NCBI RefSeq assembly: GCF_006345805.1
Contig: NC_042998.1
Span: 122,202,001 to 122,266,000, forward strand
Direction: 5' to 3'
Length of the DNA stretch: 64,000 nt
DNA from: Octopus sinensis
Lineage: Eukaryota
Shown: one piece after another, positions 50,862-63,896 of the stretch
How the letters are laid out: every line of letters begins with the position of its first letter
Position numbering within the stretch: position 1 is the stretch's first letter
The notes under the pieces: generated by a model
Seen by the model: only the letters and a program-made list of their open reading frames with translations
Database searches by the model: none
What the model was told of the DNA's origin: nothing
Translations under genes and position numbers: made by a program

Positions 50862-52155
50862 CAGGGTGTGAGGGGTGAATTGTCACCCTTTTATACCTTT
50901 AATTTTGCACATGTGCATTGTTTTTGATTTTGTTGACTACACTGTATAGTATGGTCAGTTGGACACACCGTCTGTGAGAGATACACCACCATGACACGAT
51001 TCACTCTGCCAGAAATATGGAAACGACATGCTGTACTGCTTGGCATTCACTCCAGAAGCTCCAATATAAACATTTCAGAGTGTTTATGTATCAATTTGAG
51101 GAGAGTGCAGAGGATTCGGAAAGAGTTGAATGAGTCTAATAGTGATTATGAAGGTGCAGCAGCTTGGAAAACTCACTCTGGTCATTCTGATAAGAAAAGA
51201 ACTCTTGAATTTATTGGTGAGATCCAGGCCATGATTGACAATGATCCCTCCAAGTCAATCAGGTCCTTCACCAGGGACATGTGTATGTCTGAGTTCCTTA
51301 TCAGGCAGGTATTATATAAAGACATTTGTTATTCCTCATACAAGATGAGAAAATGCCAGTTTTTATCCCAAGCCATCAATAAAGAGAACACAGACCATGC
51401 TACAGAGTTTTTGAACAACTCAAGCATCCCCTCCAATCGAGCATGCTTTGGTATTTATCAGATGAGAAAAAGTTCTACCAGGATCAGATGGTGAACACAG
51501 AACAACCGTTGGCTTGCCATGTCCCCAAAACATGTACTGAGAGTGAAAAAAAATCAAACATCCATTCAACATCATAGTGTTTGGAGTTATCACTAGTGAT
51601 GGTGACATGCCTCCATCCATCTTCTCACATGACCTCAGACTCAACCGAGTGGCTTACATCAAATGGCTGGAGGAGGTAGTGCTGCCCTGGGTAAAAAGGG
51701 TGGGAACTGGAAGACCCTATGTCTGGCAACAGGACTGTGCACATAGCACACAAGCAGGGGAACCCAGTCATGGCTGTCAGACAATTTCTGTGACCACGTC
51801 ACTCCTAACATCTGGCCACCTATCTCCCCAGACTCAACCCCCTTGGTTATTATGTGTGGGGTACAGTTCAGCGAGAAACCAACAAAACTCCGTGTAACAC
51901 CAAAGATAAACTGAAGGCAAGCATTATGTCAGCATTCACCAACTTAAACAAGGAGACCATCCAAAAGAGTTGCAGGAGATTCTGAAGTTGTCTGGAGGCC
52001 GTAGTTGAAGCCAGTGGCAACTATATTGAATAAATTTACTCTTTAGTATTTCAAGATATTTTTATGTAATATTGTTAAATATATATCTGTTAAAATGAGA
52101 TGTCAGTGTTATTTTCGTTTTTGCATAATTTAGACAATTTATTCACCACACCCTG
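50862..52155 (+). mobile_element. Full-length Tc1/mariner superfamily DD37D (maT-like) transposon, non-functional
   Basis: Imperfect TIRs (CAGGGTGTG...AATTGTC), TA on both sides, 1294 bp. Transposase fragments SDEKKF, VFGVITSDG, VWQQD and WPP.SPD. Confidence 0.92.
50991..52033 (+). pseudogene. DD37D transposase pseudogene
   Basis: ORFs 50991-51494 and 51577-51897 are joined by frameshifts. Reconstructed spacing from the QQD Asp to the PL(D) position is 37 aa, but that third Asp reads Gly here. C-terminus EAVVEASGNYIE* ends at 52033. Confidence 0.85.
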
Positions 52156-52225
<70 letters not shown>

Positions 52226-52276
52226 GCGTATATACACATGTGAGTATAGTTACATATATATATATATATATATATT

Positions 52277-53048
52277 TATGAAAGAAGGTTTGAAAATGCA
52301 ATTTTAAAAGATGTTTATTTACTTTACCGGCTTCACTTTTTAGAAAAAGATTGTCAAAAGTAACATGTAAAAGCTTGGTTGAGTTAGTTACTGGTTATCA
52401 CAAAATACTACAATACATATATACATTCTTTGATAACAAGGACATGTTAAAAACAGTTTACAAGGGAAAATCTTGGGAAAGTGTAAAAAAGTTTAACAAG
52501 TTCATCAAAATATTGGCCACAAAAGCTTGGTTGTGCCAAGTACTGGTTGTCACAAAATATTACAATATACATATACATTCCTTGATAATAAGAACATGTT
52601 AAGAACAGCTTGCAGGGGAAAATCTTGGGAAAATATAAAAAAGTTTAACAAGTTCATTAAAATATTGGACACAAAAGATTACAACAAAAGATTACAACAT
52701 TCTCAAGAAAATGTTAAAGATAGTTTCTAGAAGGAATTATTAAAAAAGTTCAGTGGAATATTGGTATTGTATCTGTATTTATACAGATAAAATATAAAAA
52801 ATTACTCGCATCTCATAAAATAATAAAAAGTAAAAGACAACCGAAATCCCTAAAAAACCTACTCACTAATGCAAAATTACACAACACAAACCCACCGCCC
52901 ACTGTCAAAAAATGTGGTCGTTCCAACTGCAGGACTTGCATCCACCTCATTGAAGGAGCAGCGTACAAATTCCAGTCGGGACACACCTTTGTCATAAAAA
53001 AATAATTACACCTGCGCATCAAAAAATTTACTCAAACCTTCTTTCATA
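52277..53048 (+). mobile_element. Penelope-like element fragment (RT-to-GIY-YIG linker)
   Basis: Translation KSKRQPKSLKNLLTNAKL...PTVKKCGRSNCRTCIHLIEG...TCASKNL contains the Cys-rich linker that precedes PLE GIY-YIG domains. Bounded by 17-bp inverted repeats. Confidence 0.75.
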
Positions 53049-53085
53049 TAATTCCACTTGTGCGGTACCTTACAACTCCACTTTG

Positions 53086-53115
<30 letters not shown>

Positions 53116-53117
<2 letters not shown>

Positions 53118-53351
53118 TCTTTTACTCTTTTACTTGTTTCAGCCATTTGACTGTGGCCATGCTGGAGCACTGCCTTTGTTTTTTAGTTGAGCAATGCGAC
53201 CCCAGGACTTATTCTTTGTAAGCCTAGTACTTATTCTATCGGTCTTTTTAGCCGAACTGCTAAGTTATGGGGACGTAAACACACCAGCATTGGTTGTCAA
53301 GTGATGTTGGGGGGACAAACACAGACACACAAACACATACATACGTACACA

Positions 53352-53417
<66 letters not shown>

Positions 53418-53582
53418 TATGACAGGCTTCTTTCAGTTTCCGTCTACCAAATCCACTCACAAGGCTTTGGTCGGCCCAAGGCTATAGTAGAAGACACTTT
53501 CCCAAGGTGCCACATAGTGGGACTGGACCTGGAACCATGTGGTTCATAAGCAAGCTACTTACCGCACAGCCACTCCTATGCC
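53116..53582 (-). mobile_element. SINE family A, full length
   Basis: Colinear reverse complement of 2341-2730, including the head (accgcacagccactcc) and tail (ctcttttacttgtttcag). Confidence 0.9.
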
Positions 53583-53624
<42 letters not shown>

Positions 53625-53689
53625 ATATATGTATGTATGTATATATATATGTATATGTTATATTTTATATATATATATATTATATATAT

Positions 53690-53723
<34 letters not shown>

Positions 53724-53739
53724 CCTTGGTGTGTGTGTG

Positions 53740-53995
53740 TGAAAGTGTGTTGTTTAGTGGTTAGGATATTTGTTTCATGACTGTAAGACTGAGTTCGATT
53801 CTTGCCCGTGTATTGTGTCCTTGAGCAAGACGCTTAGTTTCATGTTGTTTCAGCTCACTCAGCTGCCAAATATGAATTGTACCTGTAATTCATATGGCCA
53901 GCCTTGTCACATTCTGTGTCATACTGGCTCTCCCTGAGAACTATATTAATGGCATGCATGTTTGTGGAGTGCTCACTCAATTACCTGTTATATTC
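53740..53995 (+). mobile_element. SINE family C
   Basis: gtttagtggttagg...gagttcgattc...ccttgagcaagacgcttagtttcatgttgtttcagctcactcagctg. Confidence 0.65.
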
Positions 53996-54419
53996 CTGTC
54001 AATTTCTTCTTAAAAGATTCAAGCTGGTCTCCAACAAATTGAGAACATTTTTTGAATTAAGAGCCTCCCCCATGTTTGTAAATATGCCATCGAATTGCTA
54101 TGCTGGTTGAGCTGTCAATACACACACTTAAGTGTATGCATCTGTTCATCTAAAGACTCTGAGATGGAAGATCTTTAGAATGTCTTACAAATTTTCAAGT
54201 TGCTGCTAATAGATTGATTTGGAGAATTTGCATGGTTTTTATGATCTTTCTTTGAAAAGCCTATTGTAGTATTTGTAAGTTTTCATGTAAATCTGTGGGT
54301 ACATAGCCTAATGCACCCATGACAATAAGTACAAATGAGAATTTATAGTCAGGGAACATTAATTCACATTAAATTTTCTTTTTTTCCTGCACTTTTGATT
54401 GTACATTCACATCTACTGT

Positions 54420-54590
54420 ATGTAAGTATGTATGCATGCATGCTTGTATGTATGTATGTATGTATGTATGTATGTATGTATGTATGTATGTATGTATGTA
54501 TGTATGTATGTATGTATGTATGTATGTATGTATGTATGTATGTATGCATGCATGCATGCATGCATGTATGTATGTATGTATGTATGTATG
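54420..54590. repeat. (TATG)n microsatellite
   Basis: Direct inspection. Confidence 0.95.
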
Positions 54591-54704
54591 ATGTGAAAAC
54601 CTTCGTTATGAGATGTGTGAACTGACTGAACAGAGTAAAACCAAAAGATCCAAGATTGTGGAAGAATTTAAGGTTAATACAAACATGAAGAGAAAAACAT
54701 CATC

Positions 54705-55335
54705 ATCATCATTGTTTAACATCCGCTTTCCATGCTAGCATGGGTTGGACGATTTGACTGAGGTTTGGTGAACCAGATGGCTGCACTGGGCTCCAGTCTG
54801 ATCTGGCAGAGTTTCTACAGCTGGATACCCTTCCTAACACCAACCACTCCGAGAGTGTAGTGGGTTCTTTTACGTGCCGCCGGCACGAGGGCCAGTCAGG
54901 CGGTACCGGCAACAGCCATGCTCAAATGGTGCTTTTTATGTGCCATTGCACAGGAGACAGTCCAGTGGCACTGGCAAAGACCTTGCTTAAATGTTTTTTC
55001 ACATGCCACCAGCACAAGTGCCAGTAAGGCGACACAGGTAACGATCACGCTCGAAAGGTGCTTTTTACATGCCACTGGGATGGAAGCCAGTTTGTTGCTC
55101 TGGCATCGATCATACTCGGATGATACTCTTAGTGCTCCACTAGCACGGATGCCAATCATCGAATTTGATTTCGATTTTGATTTCACGTGCCTCAACAGGT
55201 CTTCGCAAGCAGAGTTTAGTGTCCAATGAAGGAAAGGTATGCATCAGTGGGCTGGTTACATCCCTGGCATAGGCCACAAGGTTATGGTCTCACTTGGCTT
55301 GCCGAGTCTTCTCAAGCACAGCATATTTCCAAAGA
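54705..55335 (-). mobile_element. RTE 3'UTR/tail, complete, young copy
   Basis: catcatcatcattgtttaacatccgctttccatgctagcatgggttgg...gtcttctcaagcacagcatatttccaaag; shared with 25360-25660. Confidence 0.88.
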
Positions 55336-56509
55336 TCCAAAAAAAATATAAAATATTATTTACTGCATCACTTGTCCACAATGTAATGAGATCTATGTCA
55401 GCCAAACAGGAACAAAATTCATCAGAGTAGGTAAACAAAAAATCAAAGATGTGTGTGTTAGGAATGTTCTATGTAGTGATCACTAAGACATTTATGTGAA
55501 TGGTAAATTCAAAATATTCCGTTTTTTTTTTAATATATAGAAAGGAAATTATCAATTATAAAAGCAAAAGCAGAATACTGTGTAAGAATTCTAATTCTGA
55601 AATTACACTTGAAATAGTGAAAACTGCTCTTGTAAACAATTGCTTTATGGATTATCTTATATGATAATCTATACAGTAGTAATTGTTGGCATTCTTACAG
55701 AGAAAGAGAGGTCTTCTATGAAAAACGAAGCAAAACACCAGCAAAAAAGTTAAGGAGCCTTTATGTGGTCACATAAATTGCTAGATAGCAGACAAATCTC
55801 CTTCGAATTTCACCATAGCAACTTTTAAATGAGGAAAAAGATAATGGATTGTGTGTGATCATAAATACATTGTGTCTGAATACATGATGGGATGGTCATG
55901 GCTGGAATATCTTGATCAGAAGTTTGCTTAATCAAAGCTATGCTGGGGTGGAACAACAACAACAATGATAAAAAATGCCAACAAAAGAAATAAGCTTGAT
56001 TCATGAGCAGGCTGTGCCATATTTTATACAAAAAAGTAATTCTGAATAATATATACATGCAAATTTTATTTCAGGATGGAGACTAACTCAAAGTAAAAGC
56101 TAATCAGTTGTCTAGGCGACCACAGAACAGTTTGAATTTGTTTGCTTGACTTTTATTTTATGTTTATGTGAACATAATTTTCACTTAGTAGTAAATCTAT
56201 AATCTATACTGAGTGGTAAAAGTCTAGAATACTTAAACATCCTTTAACAGATGCAAAACTTGTTTGGAGAATCAATGTTTGCCTCATTGATTCCTACAAC
56301 AGGTTTCTTGCGTGAAATTGAGTTTGATAACAGTTGAATGCACTCTCTCTTGGTATCATGGAAAACTGTTGTTTAAATGATAATGGGCGATGCTTCTGAT
56401 AAGAAGGATTGTTCCTACTTTTTGTGCTTTATAAATATTAAAAAAATGTCAAAACCTTAAAATATAGACAACAGTATAATAATAAACATATTAATTAATA
56501 AAATTCTAG

Positions 56510-56960
56510 GTATAGGTATGGCTGTGTGGTTAAGAAGCTTGCTTCCCAACTATGTGGTCTAGAGTTCAGTCCCACTGTGCAGCATTTTAGTAAGAGTCTT
56601 CTACTTAAGCCTTGGCCCAACCAAAGCCTTGTGAGTGGATTTGGTATATGGAAACTGAATGAAGCTTGTGTATGTTTGTGTGTGTTTGTGTGTGTTTATG
56701 TGTGTGCGTGTACCTTTGCTGTGATATCATGGTTGTAAACAAGCATTGCTGTCATGCAAATGTTATCGTTCATTTCCATCCATCCATGAAAAAACATATC
56801 TGCTTATGTCTGGCCATGGGGAAATATTACTCTTCTTGGAAACAGGTAAGGATTGGCAACAGGTAGGACATCTGACTATAGAAAATTCGCCTCAACAAAT
56901 TTCCCATCTTACCCATACAAGCATGGAAAATTGAACATTAAATGATGATGATGATGATAA
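56510..56960 (+). mobile_element. SINE family A variant with a different 3' half ending in (TGA)n
   Basis: Same tRNA head and body up to the GT tract. The 3' end catggaaaattgaacattaaatgatgatgat resembles the RTE tail. Confidence 0.7.
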
Positions 56961-58679
56961 TGATTAACTTATAAAAGCACTATACAGTGGTAGGACAATT
57001 TGAAATATGAGGTATATTTTACAAGCTTGTGCTTTTTGTAAACAAACATTTTTATCTTCATGAAATGTAGACACTGTGGTTTAACTAGTGTTTTTCTCTT
57101 TGTAACCAGAAAATAGATTGATCTGACTGGTTTCAAGTTTTATTAAATTTTCACCAGTGATTGCTTTTCAATTCACAGAGAGAATAGTAGCTTATAGTTA
57201 TTTACTGTATAGACAGTTTGGATAAACTCAAATTGGTCTGCCTAATTTGAATAATGTTGCAAAAGTAGGCAACATGAATTAATTACTTAAGAAAATTACT
57301 ATATAGTTGAAGCATGGTTTGGTTCTGTTTGAGTTTGTATTTGCTTCTGTGCAACTCTTTTCTCTGTGGATAGAAAATTTATATTTGATCTCTGATAAGA
57401 GTTAAATAAATATTGAAACTAGTCAAATTTATCACACAAACAATGGAATCCTTGTGGTTCAACGACAGTTCCAATTTTTCACAGCAAGGCTAAAAGTGTG
57501 TATTTCTTAAAAAGCACATGCAAGTTTACACTGTATTTCAAATTATTCTATCGATGGGCAGTGCTTCACATAGAATTTATTTTCTTTTAATAATTGAGAA
57601 GTCAGTTGTGAAACTGGGTTCTCTGTAAGCTACTAGTCATTTCTCTATGGTGAAATGGTGAAATATGATTTGTACACTTACATGCAAATATTATGTGTGT
57701 GCACATGTGCATGCCTGCACACACATGCAACTTGACTCACCTACACTCCTGGTTCTTCTCCCACCAATAGACCTGCCCAACTCAGCAAAACTAAGTCCTG
57801 GAAGTGCTCTGTCTGTGTATATATCAATATATATATATATATATACATGTGTGTGTGTGTGTTTATATAACTGATCTCATTTGCCCAATTTCCTCCCAAC
57901 CACTTTTCGTTGTTGACATTACTAATCTTCCCCACTCTCTGGGATCATTCTATTTGATATCAGTTCCATGTCCTTAATACTGTCTTCTCCACCTACATTT
58001 TACATTGAGCCCACCTTAACCACCAAATCATTTTACCTTCACCATGTATTTCTTACTCTCCCCAATGCACAATGCTTGACTTCCTCCTCACCCACTTTCA
58101 CAACCTACCCAACTGCTTATCATCTCTGTCTGTTTGTCATTTTGTTTCTCTCTCCTTTCTTCTTCCTCTCTCTCATCCTTCCTCTGTCTGCTCTTTCATT
58201 ATTACTATTCTACTACACTACACCACCATGCATATTAATTACCCTTACCCTTTAACCACTGCTCACTACATCCACCATTCAACTGTATCCAATCTCTACA
58301 GTTGTCACCTACTCTTCCCTTGCTCTTTTACTTATCAACATCCAACACTTGTTCTTCATTCATTATATTCACTGCATCACCTATTTGCCATCTCTCACTC
58401 TGCCACACACTTTTGCAACTTGACTCACCTACACTCCTGGTTCTTCTCTCACCATTCACATTTTACCTTGCATCTTGAGGGTCCTCACAGTCACCTTATT
58501 ACCCCTATTTTTTATCTCTTCCCAATCCACCCTGATCACTCCACCCCCACTCTTCTAAAATGTGAGTACCCATGTAGCCACTCTACAGCAAGAAACTTTG
58601 TCTGCTTAGGCCCCTTCATTTCCTAGTGTAAAGCTACTTTTCTTGTGTTTCATAATCTTGCAAGGTGCATGAAAATCTG

Positions 58680-58865
58680 ACTCATGCTGGTGGCATGATA
58701 AAGCAGAGTACACTTTGTAAAGTGGCAGGCGTTAAGAAGGTTAGCTAACCATTGAAATGATGCCAAAGTAGACATTAGAGCTCAGTGTAGAATTTGGAGT
58801 CATTGGATCCTGCCAAGCTGACTAATACATGCCAGCATGGAATATGGATATTAAATGATGATGCT
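58680..58865 (+). mobile_element. RTE 3' tail copy, degenerate
   Basis: catgccagcatggaatatggatattaaatgatgatg terminus. Confidence 0.65.
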
Positions 58866-59104
58866 TCCTGTAAACTAGTAAAGAATGACAGTATTAACAT
58901 GAAATATAACCTCTCCTATACTCATGACCATCAAGATGTGACATCACTTCACATCTTGGTAGCTCTAGTTTTGCAATCCAAAAGTAAGTGATAGCTACAA
59001 AATATCTCATGAAAAAACAAGACAGTGAAGCTCTTGTGTGTGTGTGTGTGTGTGTGTATGTGTGCGTGTGTGCATGTTTATATATTTAATGTGTTAATAT
59101 ATAT

Positions 59105-59320
59105 GTGTGTAAGGCAATGACTTTGCAGAGGCAGTAGCACACTGGACAAAATGCATTGTGACAGGTCACCTATTGTTATGTTCAAAATTCAAATTCTGCT
59201 GTGTTAGACTTTGCTTTTTATCCTTTTGGGGTCAATAAAATAAGTACCAGTTGAGCACTGGGGTTGATGTAATCAACTTAACCCCTCCCTCTGAAATCGA
59301 TGGCCTTGTGCTAAAATTTG
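59105..59320 (+). mobile_element. SINE family B, degenerate
   Basis: ttttggggtcaataaaataagtaccagttgagcactggggttgatgtaatc matches the family body. Confidence 0.7.
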
Positions 59321-59530
59321 AAACCAATATATACATGTGTATTTGAAACCAATATATACATGTGTATACATGTGTAAAATATGCAGTGTATTCCTGGTAT
59401 GTTTCAAACTCAGAAAGAAACATGCATGTACTGTCGTCCAAATAAACATCTGTCCTCTTTCTTATGTTATTGTTGAGTACTTGACTTTAGATGGTGGCTC
59501 TCTCAGTTTTTTTTAAGCAGATGCCTAGTA

Positions 59531-59565
<35 letters not shown>

Positions 59566-59939
59566 TGGACTGTCTCAATCATCACCCTATGACCACTTGC
59601 GAGCAGTGTCAAAACATTCTCTACCTGTCCCCATTGCCTCTTTCCCTATTGCCACTGGGCTTATGTAGAAAGTGTGATGTTGGTGCTGGTGACTTGCCTT
59701 CCTGAACAACCTGCATGATTAATATTATTATAGTAGGCATAGTTTGTGCAGAGCCAGCCTCACCCTCTTTTCCTTCAAACCGCTCCCACTAGACTTATAC
59801 ACGCAATCATTCATTCATACATACATACATAAAATTATATATATACACACACTTATATGTAATATGTATGTGTATACTTATATGTACATATACGTATATA
59901 ATATATATGTCTATATGTGTGTCTGTGTGTGTGTGTGTG

Positions 59940-60640
59940 TAGAATATTGAATGATTTCCATTGGGTTTCCTTCTTTATCAATAGTATCTATTATGTGATC
60001 AAATGTATACTGAAGATAATACACTTTAAAAGTTGCCATAACGCCTTGATCCATTGATTGCAAAAGTGATGCTGTATTTGGTGCCATAAACATTAATACG
60101 CTATTTAGATGGCGATGTTCTAGAGATTGTGGATGACAAGGTGTTTTATCTATGATCAGTAGCACATGAAATGGAATAGTTTTGGGCTTCTCAATGTTTT
60201 TTAACTTTAGGTAGAAAGTGATGCAAAAAGCAATCTCCAAATAGAAGCAATAATACAAACTTTTTTTATTTGGTTTCTCAATGACTGCTTTTATGTGGTC
60301 CTTAAGTGCATTTGGGATTTTAGCATGGAGCATGAACTTGGGATTTAACTTACATTCCTTAGCTGTCTTACTCCCAAACAGTAGCATTAACAGATCTTCA
60401 GCTACTTTAATATTTATCATTGGTGATTCTTCTTTTGCTATACAGCTTCTTGCTGGCATGTGCTTTCAAAATAGACCAGTAGGTAACAATATTCCTCGGT
60501 TATTTTTCATAATTTCTTTCAGGAACAAATTTTGCTGTTTCAGTACCAGCACTTCTATATTATGCCAACTAGCTCATGTTTTTTTTTTGTGAAATCAGTA
60601 ATTGCTTGGAGTAAATCTTTCCTTAATTACCTTCTTTCTT
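59940..60640 (-). mobile_element. pogo/Tigger transposase (DDE_1) fragment
   Basis: ORF MPARSCIAKEE...LLIIDKTPCHP...FMAPNTASLLQSMDQGVMATFKVYYL resembles Tigger1 MPSRTFIAREE...LLLIDNAPGHP...PANTTSILQPMDQGVISTFKSYYL. Confidence 0.9.
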
Positions 60641-61148
60641 ATCTTAAAATTAGATAAGGCTTTAGTACAAATAACAGTTTATGTAACAGACATGCTCATT
60701 CAGTGTGCTTGATAGCTATCTATGCAGACAAAATCTTTCCAGGCAAGAAATAAGAGGTGGTCCTCTTTTTATAATGTAGATTGCACTGAGTTGCACTTTT
60801 GATATTTTTCTGTATCTATTAAAATTGTACAAACAGTTGACTGACTCAAAAGAAACTTTTGAAGCTAAATATATAATAGTTCTTATGGCCTAAAATTATT
60901 GTTTTCATTTTTTTCATATTATTGTCAACATTCACTGCTGAGCTATCTTTATATTTTGGCATACAGGAAGCAGAGTTGTCAAACTCAAATAGCAAAATAT
61001 TCCATAGTTCAAAGCAAGAATACCCACTCCTTCCAAAAGAAAATAAATGCTACCTAATTAGCTCAAAATATACCTATTAGAGGAGCATTTTAAAAAGCAA
61101 TGAACTAAAATAATGTTATATTCTTTTTAAAGAAAATAATGTTATTTG

Positions 61149-61368
61149 AGCATGGAAGGTGTTTATAAGCCATTTAAGAAACACACAAAAACTGTTAGAT
61201 TCACTTCAACATTTAAATTTAATTTGTCAAAATATTTTCGTTGCTTTGAGACCGCGACCTGTTCACTGACAAAACTTCGTGCTGCTTTGACAAATTAAAT
61301 TTAAATGTTGAAGTGAATCTAACGGTTTTTGTGTGTTTCTTAAATGGCTTATAAACACCTTCCATGCT
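61149..61368. repeat. Fold-back element, 83-bp arms and 54-nt spacer
   Basis: 61149-61231 versus 61286-61368, one mismatch. Confidence 0.95.
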
Positions 61369-61559
61369 GCAATTGTTTTCGTTCCAGCATACGATCTCAG
61401 ATCAGGTCACTTGCTATGCAAGTACATCTCCTAAAATGTTATTTGAACAAAAAGTCTAACAAACTTATTTAGCTTACCTTACACTGAATGTTGAAATTTC
61501 GTTTATAACACTGTTAACAGGAAGTTGGTTTAGTTTTACTGAAAGGAGGCCAATGAGGC

Positions 61560-61960
61560 CAGTGCATCTGGTTTATGGGCATAGCCTGCCAGTGTTCAAC
61601 TTGACTTTCCAGAACAAGTTTTACCAAGATTTACTGGGAAGTCTAACATCTTAGATCTTTTTCTTTGTGTGTGACAATATCATAGTCATCAATATGCTAG
61701 AGGTTTCAGATCAGAAGTACAAAATTTGTGATTTAATGATAAGCTGTTTGGAGTTCAGTAAGTTACCAGTTTTACAGTAATTATATAATTACCCTGAGAG
61801 CAATCTTTAAAAGAGATTGGAAACAACTATTGTGAAGTATATGGCACCTTAGCACAGCCACAACCTCTGGCTGAAACTTATAAAATAATAATAGAATAAG
61901 TATAGTAGGAGCAGTTATATCACCCCATTTTACGCCATTACTGATTGAAATAGGTCTGAG
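61560..61960 (+). mobile_element. APE endonuclease remnant of a CR1-like LINE
   Basis: Translation PRFTGKSNILDLFL followed by a frameshifted SDQ resembles PTR...NILDL...SDH. Confidence 0.45.
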
Positions 61961-63686
61961 CATTCAGCACCAATTATAATATATGCTCTAGTGGAAGTCA
62001 CAAGTCTAAGGGGTCATACAGTGGGAGTGAACCTGAAGCCACATGGATGCAAAGTGAACTTCTTAACCACAGAACCATACCTACTTAAAACATTTTGTCT
62101 TGCTGTAGAATAATATTACACTAATGGTATGAACTGTTCTATACACCAGTTAGTCATGTAAGAAATACATTTGCCTCAAGAGGAAACCAGAATGTGCTAA
62201 AAACCAGTTGTAATATCGTTAAGTCATATGAGTTGCCAAAATTATTTGAAGCTACAGCCAAATATAATTTTGCAGCAATACTGAATGCTTTAAATATTAA
62301 ATATGTTTTCACAAAACAGTGGAGAAGGAGAAAGGAGCAAAAATGTCAATGACCACACATACACACTCACAAAATACACATGCACACACATACTCACACA
62401 CGCACACACTCACACATGCACACACACACACTCACACATGCACTCACACATGCATGCGTGCACGCACACACATTCACATACGTGTACACACATACACACA
62501 AATTTCATTAAAGACACAACTATGTTAAAATTTTATCTTTTTTTCTTTAGATTTTTTTGTATTTCTGTCTTAGTTTTTTTTTTGAGCTAGTTTGCAATAA
62601 TAAAGTTCCTAAATTTATATTCAACATTTTCAGCTTTTCATAGTCTCATTTTGTAAAACCTCACAAAACACATTACACCTGACCATAAACTTAAACTGAT
62701 TATATACTACAAAAACATCAAAACACCAAATTTCCTTGTCATCAACACATCACAAGCATGTAAACCTGAGAACAAGCTACTAATGACCACTGCAATTGAT
62801 TAATTTGACTATAAAACTGAAAGTTGTAAACTCTTGGACTCTAGCTGTTATACTGGACATACTTGTGCAACACTATTATAGTCTCACCATATATTTACAA
62901 TGAGAAGCAATTGCAAAACACTATACTACACGCCAAAAAACAAAGATTGAAAAATGTTATAATACTAATTCTATAAAACTCCTCACAAAATCATAGGATT
63001 AATCATGGAAGCTATTCTCATATCACAACACAATACTGTGCAATACATGCAAAACACATTTAAAAAAATTGACATATGGCCACTGGTACGAAAACCTAAT
63101 GGTCAGAAATTTGATCACAACAAAATAAATTAATATGTAACTGCTGACATAAAAGCCTAACAGTCAAAAAAGCCTTTGGCAGAAAAGTCTTTATGAATAT
63201 AAGAAACAATGCAGATTCGAAATCTATTTCAATTCTTGAAAATTAGACTGTGAAGGTGTCTGGAAACAGTGAATATGAATTTAAGATCTTTATTGTTCCA
63301 AACTAGCTGCAAGAAAACTATTAGGCTAAATATCTAAAACAAAAAAAAAAATGATAAAATTCAAAGACAGTTGTAATGTCAATGAAACATATATAAATGT
63401 ATGTGTGTATGTGTGCATGTTTGATTACATTTGCACTTTCATAAAAATCACTGAGGTACCAGTCATATTGCTGCTGTCATTTCCCCCGTCAACAAATCAA
63501 CTTCTGGCTTTGTGCCTTCAAAGGTTTGTAGAATAAGTGATCCTTTACTTGAAAAACAGGTCAGGGTTAGTGACAGGAAAGGCATCCAGCTGTAAAACAA
63601 TGCCACAGTAATATATTCATCTAATGCTAACATGGAAAAAAAATGAGGATGAAAAATTGAACTGAAAAATGTGTGGTGTGTGTGTG

Positions 63687-63896
<210 letters not shown>

